This document shows positions 7,129-15,536 of a stretch of DNA of 64,000 bases, piece by piece. Positions within the stretch are counted from its first letter, which is position 1. Each line of letters starts with the position of its first letter. The translations under genes and the position numbers were made by a program. The notes under the pieces are model-generated. The model was given only the letters and a program-made list of their open reading frames with translations. It was not told the origin of the DNA and did no database searches. The stretch comes from a virus. The stretch covers positions 2,128-66,127 of IMG/VR virus record IMGVR_UViG_3300028534_000026; one strand, 5' to 3'.

Positions 7129-9860
7129 ATATCACATTCACGGAGATTAAAGTTGACAAGGGGAATGTAGCCAAAAAATACATCGTAGATGTTGATGGTA
7201 GTCTGAATGTAAAATCAGCCGCGAATATCTATTCGGGTAAGGCAGAAGTCAAATCCGTCCCCGCTGAATCCTTCTCAGAATACTTAAAGGAACTTGGAAG
7301 TTATGACAATAAGTGTATAACTTTAGGTACTTTTGGAGAGGTTGGAGAAATCAAGGAACTCACAACAAGGGACAAGGTTAAAGGTGAATTCATCGCCCGG
7401 ACAAAGGACTTCTTCGACTGGTGCAACAGTGGGAATATCGGGCTCATCTACCTTGACTTTGACAAACCTGTTTCCGGAACAGAGAGGGAAGATTTCCTCG
7501 GTGATCTTGATGTACTCCTACAGGATGCCCTCATTGGAGAGAGTGAAACAGAGAGGACAACAATCTGTAAGTGGATCCGGGGCTCCTCCTCATCCAGTGT
7601 CAGTGTCAAGGGTGAGACAGGCTCAGGACTCCACGTCTTCATCCCAATAAAAGGAAACGCTGATAATATTGTCCAGCTCATCCACCGCTTGTGCTGGTTG
7701 GATGACAGGTTCAGAGGGTGGAGACTCACGGAAGCAGGAACAGTCCTTCCTGAGAGCCTGATAGATGGTATGGTCGGGTCACCTGAACGGGTCATCTATA
7801 CCGCAGACGCACAGATCAGCAACAGAGGAAACTTCGACTGGATAGCAGCTGTTGAAAGAGACTGCAGGTACATACCTGGAGGAGTCTTGGATGCTGAAAT
7901 AGCCCGGACAATCCTTGAAACCCTGTGTGCTGACTTCCGGTACGAGTGGAATATATACCGGAGGTCAATAGAAAGCTCCCCTGAAGTCAAGCAGAAAAGA
8001 AAAGAATGGAAAACCAAACAAATCAAGAAGTACCAGAAAAAGGGTTTGAATATCAAGGAGTCCAAGAAGGTCGTAGAAGGACTCGAAGAGAAAATTATAT
8101 ACAGTAATTTCAACCTGTTACGTAATGATGGGTCTTACGTATCCGTCCGCGACATCCTGTGCAACCCGGACGACTGGATAGATGTCGGGGGATTTGCTGA
8201 CCCTATCAAGATGGAGCAGTCCAGAAATGTAGGAATGATTCTCGGTTCCCATGACAACCTCATCCTCCACTCCTTCTCCCACGGTGGAATAAAGTACAAA
8301 CTTCGGTGGGATTTCGAGGACCTGCTGAACTGGGCAGAATCCTGTGGTGTGGATGAGTTGGAAGAAAATTTCGCCCTGTTCGGCACCTTGTGTGGAATCC
8401 ATGGCATTACCGGCGTCCAGGAAGACAGGTATATAGAGATCATCACAGACCGCCTGCAGTGTGGGAAAGGCGGCCTCCGGAAAGACATATCAGAAACCAA
8501 GAAACGTATAAAGAAGAAGCAGCCACCGGAGACAATTGGAGATGATTCCGAAGCCGACTGCCTGTACGACGCAAAAGAAGACGGGAGCCACATGGAGGCC
8601 GGTGCCACCCACGGGGATGTCATCACAGACTTCCTGAGCTTCCTTCCTGACTGCGTTTCTTATGGAGACACCTTATATACATGGTCAGGGAGCAGCCTGT
8701 GGACCGGCATGAATACCGGAGCAATTCAAAAAAAGATCCGGGTCCGGTACAACCATGTAGAGCGCTGTAAAAGAGTTTCAGATTATAGGTCAATTGCCGG
8801 GGCAATCGTCACGGAGGAGGATATCAGGACAGAACAGTGGGTGGAAACACCAGGCTTCCCCTGCTCTGATGGATTCTATGAAGTATCACCGGACGGATTC
8901 CCGGGAATAAGTGGTGACTCAGGGTACAAATTCATTCGCCTCAGAAAATATGAGAAAGAAGATTACTGCCGTTTCAAACTTGGCTTAAAACCTGATTTCG
9001 ATTTTGAGATTGAATCAGGAATGTTCAACCACATCCTGAAAAATGTTGATAACCCTATATTATTACAGCAATTATGTGGCCTAGCAGTATGTGGATTGCT
9101 CCCACAACTCCAGAAAGTGGCAACCTTCTTCGGAGATGGCGGAGCCGGGAAAGGAACCATGTTCGATATTCTGGAGGCCCTGCTCCCGAAGAACAGACTG
9201 ACATCTATCTCAATCGAGCAGATGAACGACCCAAAATACCGGATAAACCTGGCCGACTCCCGGATAAATTTTGTTTCAGAAATCCGAAAGGACAGAAAGA
9301 TTGACCTGACCGGCCTGAAAGAAATAGTCGGTGGAGGTACCATTACAGGAAGGCCCCTGTACATGCCCCCTGTTTCGTTCAAGCCAAACGTAGGAATGAT
9401 CCTGTCCATGAACGAATTCTTCAGGCTGAATGAAGTAGGGAGTGCTATCCAAAGGCGGTTTGGGGATACAATCGTGAAGTTTGTCAGGCGGAATGAATTC
9501 CAGATTGATGGCCTCGCCAAAATGATTCTTGAAAAAGAACTTCCGGCTGTTCTGGCCTGGTGCATTACAGGGGTGGAACTGTGGGCAGAAGGTGGTTTGG
9601 ATACAACTCTGAGTAAGGCCCTGTGGGAAGACTGGAAACTTGTTGAAGATCCTGTCGCCCTGTTTATCAAAGAGTCCATCTTGTCAGGCGGCAAAGGAAT
9701 ACACAGAACCCTCGCATGGGACAGGTACATGAAATTCTGTGAAGAATCCAATGTCAAGCCTCTCAGGAAAGGTGAATTCTACGTCCAGATGGACAAGACA
9801 CTGGGGAAAGCCGTCCGCAGGGCGGACGGCTGGATATGGCGGGGATACGCGCTTACTTAG
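7125..9860 (+). CDS. primase-helicase: AEP-like N-terminus, D5/P4-type SF3 helicase, C-terminal winged helix
   Basis: IYLDFD and GSGLHVF primase motifs; Walker A FFGDGGAGKGT; INFVSE Walker B region; C-terminal AWDRYMKFCEESNVKPL. Confidence 0.85.
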   Translation: MNITFTEIKVDKGNVAKKYIVDVDGSLNVKSAANIYSGKAEVKSVPAESFSEYLKELGSYDNKCITLGTFGEVGEIKELTTRDKVKGEFIARTKDFFDWCNSGNIGLIYLDFDKPVSGTEREDFLGDLDVLLQDALIGESETERTTICKWIRGSSSSSVSVKGETGSGLHVFIPIKGNADNIVQLIHRLCWLDDRFRGWRLTEAGTVLPESLIDGMVGSPERVIYTADAQISNRGNFDWIAAVERDCRYIPGGVLDAEIARTILETLCADFRYEWNIYRRSIESSPEVKQKRKEWKTKQIKKYQKKGLNIKESKKVVEGLEEKIIYSNFNLLRNDGSYVSVRDILCNPDDWIDVGGFADPIKMEQSRNVGMILGSHDNLILHSFSHGGIKYKLRWDFEDLLNWAESCGVDELEENFALFGTLCGIHGITGVQEDRYIEIITDRLQCGKGGLRKDISETKKRIKKKQPPETIGDDSEADCLYDAKEDGSHMEAGATHGDVITDFLSFLPDCVSYGDTLYTWSGSSLWTGMNTGAIQKKIRVRYNHVERCKRVSDYRSIAGAIVTEEDIRTEQWVETPGFPCSDGFYEVSPDGFPGISGDSGYKFIRLRKYEKEDYCRFKLGLKPDFDFEIESGMFNHILKNVDNPILLQQLCGLAVCGLLPQLQKVATFFGDGGAGKGTMFDILEALLPKNRLTSISIEQMNDPKYRINLADSRINFVSEIRKDRKIDLTGLKEIVGGGTITGRPLYMPPVSFKPNVGMILSMNEFFRLNEVGSAIQRRFGDTIVKFVRRNEFQIDGLAKMILEKELPAVLAWCITGVELWAEGGLDTTLSKALWEDWKLVEDPVALFIKESILSGGKGIHRTLAWDRYMKFCEESNVKPLRKGEFYVQMDKTLGKAVRRADGWIWRGYALT

Positions 9861-9869
9861 TGGTTGTGG

Positions 9870-9892
9870 GGCAGGGGCTGCGCCTGCCTTTT
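9870..9892 (+). terminator. intrinsic terminator after primase
   Basis: GGCAGG/CCTGCC stem followed by TTTT. Confidence 0.55.
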
Positions 9893-10516
9893 CTACCTGT
9901 CAACAAAGAATGGAGCAACATAGCCCTCAACATCCGGGTTGCTTATCTTAACCCGGATCATTGCTATATCTTCTTCATCAGAGAATGCTAGTTCCAACTC
10001 AACGTAATCAGATTTCTGGGATTTAGCGACCTTCAGCATTTTCTCCAAATGAGGAACCCCAATGGCTACCTTCTCCGACTTCTGGGATTCAACAAGCTTG
10101 TTAAATTCCTTGACAACGTTATCAGTATCAGGGAACTCCCCCTCAAACGGCTTTACTTCAACACTATCAGTAGTCTCTAGGTCAGTGGTGGTGAGTTTAA
10201 TTTTACCGTCACTCATACTGACATGAATATTGTTAAGTATTGAAAGGCTGGGTTTTTTGGGGACATTTTTCATAGCCTTCTCAAACGCCTTTACCGGAAT
10301 AATAGAGGTAAAATCATCAGGGAGAGCTTCTGACCCCTGTGTTGCGGGAAATTCCTCATGTAACGTCTGGAGGGTATGTCGCCACAATGCTTCGTTATCT
10401 GTAGCTTCAAGAATACCTCCTCTCAACCTAACACCTTTAGTGACTTCATAGTAAGTAACCCTGCTAATGGGCGTCGTCATGCCTTTTAAATACTCCGCCT
10501 CTTTTGGTATTAACAT
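9893..10516 (-). CDS. short beta-sliding-clamp-like protein
   Basis: LEATDNEAL, KKPSLSILNNIHV...IKLTTTDLE and FEGEFPD resemble DnaN segments; only 207 aa. Confidence 0.5.
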   Translation of the reverse strand: MLIPKEAEYLKGMTTPISRVTYYEVTKGVRLRGGILEATDNEALWRHTLQTLHEEFPATQGSEALPDDFTSIIPVKAFEKAMKNVPKKPSLSILNNIHVSMSDGKIKLTTTDLETTDSVEVKPFEGEFPDTDNVVKEFNKLVESQKSEKVAIGVPHLEKMLKVAKSQKSDYVELELAFSDEEDIAMIRVKISNPDVEGYVAPFFVDR

Positions 10517-10544
10517 AGTATACCTCCTCTAGTTTTAGTTATTG

Positions 10545-10939
10545 TTAATTACTGATAGGGTACCATTTTAGTGGGTACCCTGCTTCTTTCCAGTCATAAA
10601 GAAGATTGCCTACATCAACGGTATTGTATATCCAGGCCGCTGTTGTAGATTCCCCATCATTGTCATACCCCACCTTTTCCGTCACATACTTGTTCAAACT
10701 TTTTATGGGCACCTCTACTTCCACCTTGTGCCGATCCTTAAACAGACCGGACTTCCTGGCAAAATCCTCTGTGACATAGGCTTCAAAGTAGTGGTGCTTC
10801 AATTCTTTGGAGAGCCCGTGAACTACTCCCAGCGGAATGTTCGGACCGAGTTCAGCACGGATTCTGTCCACGGCCGCAAGACCGACTTGCTGATGACCGG
10901 AGCAGAAACATTGGTTACAAATTTTACTGTAAGTTCCAT
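10545..10939 (-). pseudogene. frameshifted paralog of 13387-13785
   Basis: AGGAGG RBS and TAATG overlap at ATG 10939; span 395 nt (3n-1); restored product is 131 aa versus 132 aa for the paralog. Confidence 0.6.
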
Positions 10940-11280
10940 TACTCTTCCTCCTTTATTTCAATAATGTCATATACTTCTGGCATCAAATCGTATGTCAATA
11001 CCTCCTCCATCCAGTATATGCGTTTGATTTTGGTCACAACTTGAATCGTGACCGGTATATCTTTCACCTCACCTGGCTCCAAGTCAGGCAGGTTAAACAT
11101 AAATTCTCCCAGAGCTGCGCAAAACCATGGAGAATCCGCAAATTTCGAATCATGGTCCAGTAAGTGCAGGCCGGTATATGCTGATTGTGCAACCCGGATA
11201 GTCGCCTTGTGCTTACACTGTTCCTGCGGGAATAAGTGGCCCCACGTCTGGTGCATGACCACTTCTTTATGACTCGCCAT
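10939..11280 (-). CDS. hypothetical protein
   Basis: 113-aa ORF coupled by TAATG overlaps. Confidence 0.7.
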   Translation of the reverse strand: MASHKEVVMHQTWGHLFPQEQCKHKATIRVAQSAYTGLHLLDHDSKFADSPWFCAALGEFMFNLPDLEPGEVKDIPVTIQVVTKIKRIYWMEEVLTYDLMPEVYDIIEIKEEE

Positions 11281-11561
11281 TACTTTTCCTCCTCGATTGT
11301 GAAGACAGGATTACGGAAATCTACCTTCGCTTTATTATAGTTTGCTCTTTTTAATGTGTCACGTGGCACAAAATATACAGCCCTGTACTTCATGTTATCT
11401 TTTACTACCGGCCCCCTCATGAATACGGCAGCCCCCTGTTTAGCAGCCCTGACCAACTCAACCTCACACTCCTTCAGCCTGGTGATAACACTGTCTGGAA
11501 TATGGCCCTTTTCTACTTTCGTACCCAAGTCAAGATCCCTTGGGTCTCCAAGAAAAGGCAC
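11280..11561 (-). CDS. hypothetical protein, possibly the 3' part of the upstream gene
   Basis: GTG directly follows the upstream TAA in the same frame; no clear RBS. Confidence 0.5.
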   Translation of the reverse strand: MPFLGDPRDLDLGTKVEKGHIPDSVITRLKECEVELVRAAKQGAAVFMRGPVVKDNMKYRAVYFVPRDTLKRANYNKAKVDFRNPVFTIEEEK

Positions 11562-11984
11562 TTATTTCAAAGGGGCATTTGAAGTAAGCCAAGATGGGTC
11601 CCACTCATACAACGGGTCAGGCTCCTTCCCACAGTTACCAAACATGCTGTGATAGAAATAGGGCATGTGTGGGTTCTGATTTGTCCATGGCTTATGTAGC
11701 GCATTACCAGGAAGATACCCCTGTTTGACAATAGTTTCGAGAAGCTCCCTCTTAGGCAGGACAACCTGCTTGGATTTTGGTTTCTTCAATAATTTCAATA
11801 CTTTATCGTATTCAGGCCGGTCATGTTCGACCACGACTGCTTCGAGCGGCCCTACTCCCCGGTAGGACCTGTACTCCTCCACCAACTTCAGGATCAAGTC
11901 AAGGTAGGCCAGCGAGTCTTCCGGTATCCCTGCCTCCTTGAGGTCTTTCCTCTTAATTATGATGTATCTATCCTCGCGTTTCAT
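11562..11984 (-). CDS. phage hypothetical protein
   Basis: REDRYIIIKRKDL...AVVVEHDRPEY pattern; GGGAGG RBS before MKRED. Confidence 0.7.
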   Translation of the reverse strand: MKREDRYIIIKRKDLKEAGIPEDSLAYLDLILKLVEEYRSYRGVGPLEAVVVEHDRPEYDKVLKLLKKPKSKQVVLPKRELLETIVKQGYLPGNALHKPWTNQNPHMPYFYHSMFGNCGKEPDPLYEWDPSWLTSNAPLK

Positions 11985-12570
11985 TTTTGGATTCCTCCCA
12001 TCTTTTTTTAAGCCAGTCACGAACCTTGGCTTTACCGACTCTATCCTGATAAGGCTCTACTCCTCCCAACCACTTAAACACACTCTCTTTATCAGAATGA
12101 TCAAACTCGAAATAAAACTCCCGCACATCCCCGCGAAAGTTTGGGACGGCGTTAGCCCCTTTGAAATATATTATCGCGTCTTCGAGGGTTAACTTTTCTC
12201 CTCTCTCCTCATATAATTCATTAAAGTATAGAGACGCCTCATTAAATACTTTGTCGACTATGCCGGTGGCATAGTCCTGAAATTCTGCCGTTATACCTAT
12301 CTCGACAATCCTCAACAGGTAATAAATCCGTGGGTAATGGCACCACTCTCCGTTTGGCCTGAGATATTGATGGTCTGTACTACCACCAGTACCTAAAACG
12401 TCGATTAAAGCGTCAGCTAAAAACGATTTGAACTCCCTATATTCTTCCCCAGCCAGTACGTCAAACACCTGCTTCAGACGTCTATACATATTCTTACACT
12501 TATAAACCCAGGGGTGACTGTCCCAATAAACGTTATTGTAGGTTTTGTCATATCTTGTTACACCGGCCAT
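11968..12570 (-). CDS. hypothetical protein (200 aa)
   Basis: Long ORF with GAGGAGG RBS. Confidence 0.75.
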   Translation of the reverse strand: MAGVTRYDKTYNNVYWDSHPWVYKCKNMYRRLKQVFDVLAGEEYREFKSFLADALIDVLGTGGSTDHQYLRPNGEWCHYPRIYYLLRIVEIGITAEFQDYATGIVDKVFNEASLYFNELYEERGEKLTLEDAIIYFKGANAVPNFRGDVREFYFEFDHSDKESVFKWLGGVEPYQDRVGKAKVRDWLKKRWEESKNETRG

Positions 12571-12572
12571 GT

Positions 12573-12890
12573 TTATTCCTCCTCTATTTTTATTGGCACC
12601 AAGGCACCTGATTGAGTCTCCAGAGAAGCATCAAAATGCCACCTGATACCTTCTCTGTCTTCATACGTATCTTGGGATACTTTTACTGGAAAAATATCCT
12701 CCAGGAAGATCTCAGCATCGTTCAGCATAGCCAAAATCTCAAACTGGATAGGTGTTTTATTTCTAAGGGGGCCAAAAAGTTCAGCATCCAGGTAAGCGGA
12801 TACCCCACCAAGCTCAGCTATGTCATCAATTATGCCCACTTCTTCAGCGTAATCCGAAAATCTACTTATAACTTCGCCTTTTGTTTTCAT
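12573..12890 (-). CDS. acidic hypothetical protein
   Basis: 105-aa ORF with AGGAG RBS; D/E-rich. Confidence 0.7.
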   Translation of the reverse strand: MKTKGEVISRFSDYAEEVGIIDDIAELGGVSAYLDAELFGPLRNKTPIQFEILAMLNDAEIFLEDIFPVKVSQDTYEDREGIRWHFDASLETQSGALVPIKIEEE

Positions 12891-12892
12891 CT

Positions 12893-13120
12893 TTATTTCT
12901 CCTTTTTAGACCAATCCCCACCAACAAAAATACCCAGGGTGAGTATAAAAAGAAAGGCCAAGTGAACATTCACTACCGGCCAAAAAGAACCCACCAACAA
13001 AATTATATTCTCAATTTTAGATGGGCGTATTTTTGGATAAGCAAAGTACAGAAATGCCCAGGCTGCAAGGCAGAAAAGTAGTGGAGCGTAGTATACTAAG
13101 CCAAATTCTGATAGTGTCAT
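12893..13120 (-). CDS. two-TM membrane protein
   Basis: Two hydrophobic segments; GGAGG RBS. Confidence 0.7.
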   Translation of the reverse strand: MTLSEFGLVYYAPLLFCLAAWAFLYFAYPKIRPSKIENIILLVGSFWPVVNVHLAFLFILTLGIFVGGDWSKKEK

Positions 13121-13144
13121 AATTCCTCCGTTTTGTTTTATACG

Positions 13145-13384
13145 TCAGTTTGTCTGGTTTGTCTGGTTTGTCTCATCCTCAACTAATTCAAACTTTGCGG
13201 TTGATTCAATAACACTGTTTCCGTGCTCATCTTCAAAGTCATAGCCATATGGACCATTGTGCCCTGTGACTGTAACAATGCTACCTACAGTGAATTTCCC
13301 GACTAGACTGCTTGCTTCTGTCAGCAGGCGCACCTTTTTACCTGGAGGGTTTCCAACTCTTTTTGTTTTTGATATATAAGCCAT
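13145..13384 (-). CDS. hypothetical protein
   Basis: GGAGG RBS before MAYISK; ends in a short 9-bp repeat (NQT)n. Confidence 0.65.
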   Translation of the reverse strand: MAYISKTKRVGNPPGKKVRLLTEASSLVGKFTVGSIVTVTGHNGPYGYDFEDEHGNSVIESTAKFELVEDETNQTNQTN

Positions 13385-13386
13385 TT

Positions 13387-13785
13387 TTATTCCTCCCATC
13401 CCAGTGGAAACCCAGCCCCTCTCCAGTCCTGAATCAAGGCTGAGTTTCTGATTTCATAGTAAGCCTCCGCGTGACATAAGGGCCCCTCCCCATCTATTTT
13501 TATTTGTAGTGAGGTGTATTTATTGAGAAAATCTTTTGATACACGCACACGTACTGTGGAAGACTCCTCAAATAGCCCTGTGGTCCTGGCCTCCTCTTCC
13601 GGGAGAGTTATTGAGTACTCTTTAAGTTTGATACCCCTAACTTCCTCCTTAACATTTCGTAAATACAGGTGACGTGGGTGTGCCTTCTCCCTCATCTTTC
13701 CAAGCAGGCCGAACCCTACCGTATGGGTAGGGATGTTTAGGGCTTCGTAGTGGTTGTTACGGTAAAAAATTACTTTAAATTCCAT
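13387..13785 (-). CDS. hypothetical protein, paralog of 10545-10939
   Basis: Shares AR.xGLF...V.V.V....LNKY and L..DW..AG(F/Y)PL.W with the 10.5-kb gene. Confidence 0.75.
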   Translation of the reverse strand: MEFKVIFYRNNHYEALNIPTHTVGFGLLGKMREKAHPRHLYLRNVKEEVRGIKLKEYSITLPEEEARTTGLFEESSTVRVRVSKDFLNKYTSLQIKIDGEGPLCHAEAYYEIRNSALIQDWRGAGFPLGWEE

Positions 13786-13807
13786 GGGTTACCTCCTTAT
13801 TTTGTTA

Positions 13808-14155
13808 TTAAAACAACTCATCCGGATATGGCGGGTTCTGCCCCATTGTTAGGGCCTGCCTGTTATGCCTTTCCCTTATGTATTTTTGGGATTGGTCATG
13901 TGGTGGCTTGAGTTTGAGTTTGTCGCTGTATTTGTTCATAAGGTGCTGATTTTCCTTGAAATATTCAAGGCAAGCCTCGAACCCTTTTGGGATTAGTGGT
14001 TTATATGCTTCTCTGTGGTCTCCATTCAGGATGAAGAAGGTTGTCATATTGTTGTCTACCAGGGCGGTGGTGTCGGACCCATAGAGGCGGGTGTCTACGG
14101 AATTGTAGCTTATGTAGAATCCGTTTCCATTCTGGATGCTGTTTGGTGTTATCAT
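13808..14155 (-). CDS. conserved-looking phage hypothetical protein
   Basis: FYISYN...YGSDTTALV...FFILNGDHREAY...GFEACLEYF pattern; AGGAG RBS. Confidence 0.75.
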   Translation of the reverse strand: MITPNSIQNGNGFYISYNSVDTRLYGSDTTALVDNNMTTFFILNGDHREAYKPLIPKGFEACLEYFKENQHLMNKYSDKLKLKPPHDQSQKYIRERHNRQALTMGQNPPYPDELF

Positions 14156-14177
14156 AGTTTGTCTCCTTTTATGTGTT

Positions 14178-14207
14178 AAAAAGCCCTCAGAGGCTGCTGA
14201 CGGGCTT
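14178..14207 (-). terminator. intrinsic terminator
   Basis: AAGCCC-TCAG/CTGA-GGGCTT stem followed by a T run on the minus strand. Confidence 0.55.
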
Positions 14208-14209
14208 GT

Positions 14210-14567
14210 TTAGGTTAATGAATGGTAGAGGTCACGAAAATAATTTGTGACCTGTAGGGCGTACTCAGGGGCTCTTGTGTCCTTGAATTTAGTATAGGGA
14301 GAATCTGGACCCTCGCAGGGGCACATGTGAGTGTTTGGAGGGCACCCCCACAAGAGCAGGCCAAGGCATTCCGGGCAGTGATCACTTGAGAATGCCCCTG
14401 GTTTGAAGATAGTGGAGGGCATGTAATTCCATATCGGTAATAATGCCTCTGATCTGGAGGATCTCGGCTGCTTCAGCTTTTCTGATATAAAGGCTGGAGG
14501 GGTCTGGGGAGTTTGGTACCTCTTCCCAGAGTTTCCAGGTCAGGTAGATTGCTCTTTTCTTGTTCAT
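14210..14567 (-). pseudogene. probable single Cys-rich gene split by one extra base
   Basis: MNKKRAIYLTWKLW (ATG 14567) and HCPEC...CP...CPC lie in overlapping frames; span 358 nt (3n+1); G4 run at 14395-14398. Confidence 0.4.
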
Positions 14568-14797
14568 TTTTGGGCCTCTTTTTTGTACTACTTTGTAGTA
14601 TATTGTGGTTTTTTCTGGGTTTTTCTTTTTATTGTTATTCCAAGCAGTTATGTTGATTGGTGTCCTACTTTGTAGTATGGATTTTGCCTGATGGAGCAGG
14701 GGTATGGTAAATTTCACGGGTATTTAGTGTTAGGAATGAAAGTTTGTTAGGATTTTATTTTTTCTGCGGAAGGTGCCTGTAAGAGCGGAAATGAGGG

Positions 14798-15213
14798 TTA
14801 GTGTATTTTTTGATGTATGAAAAATGACTATTTTGTGTATTTTTTTATGTGTTGGATTTACTTTTATTCCAATTAGTTAATGGATTTTAGTGTATAAAAT
14901 GAATGAATTTGCTTCTGTTTTTCCTTTAGGGAAAATAAAAATATGTTGACTCTTTTGTTTGTTAGAAATGGAGCGAAATTTTTGCCTGATTTTTCTATTT
15001 ACTCTTTAATGAAGAAAGATATATATAGTGGTTAGGAAAAAATTATTGTTAGAAATGTTGAGCATACCTATTTTTATTTTCCTATAGAGAAAACGAAAGC
15101 AAATTCCTTCATAAAATACACTAAAATTGCTTAAGTGCTTGAAATCCTTTTTGATCCACGATTTCAAAAAGTACACAAACCATACATTTTTCATACACTA
15201 AAAAATACACTAA
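14798..15213. repeat. imperfect inverted repeat, arms 14798-14952 and 15060-15213, in AT-rich non-coding DNA; candidate origin
   Basis: Hand alignment gives about 115/155 identities with one gap; ATACACTAA recurs on both strands. Confidence 0.8.
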
Positions 15214-15249
15214 AAATACACTAAATCCAAAAGCAGGGCAAAATCGGTG

Positions 15250-15264
15250 TGAGAATCATTCTCA
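15250..15264. promoter_or_regulatory. 7-1-7 palindrome TGAGAAT-C-ATTCTCA, Fur-box-like
   Basis: Perfect inverted repeat; two symmetric differences from the Fur consensus TGATAATnATTATCA. Confidence 0.4.
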
Positions 15265-15536
15265 GTCTATTTAAGCATTTTCTTATGCATGGAGCATTTC
15301 AAATTTTCTCATCTTGCTTCAATCATCTGTTAGAAACTCTGAATCCTAACATTTTTCAGAGCGAAAAACCTAACAAAAATGGAGGTTTTTGTACTACATT
15401 GTAATACAAAAATGGCTTAAATCCTTGACATTACTGCCGATACAAAACGCATCCCTATTTAACGATATCCTTATGCATGGAGTATTCTGCACGCGCGAAC
15501 TTGCAATATGCTCAGATTTAAATTAATATTCAAAAC

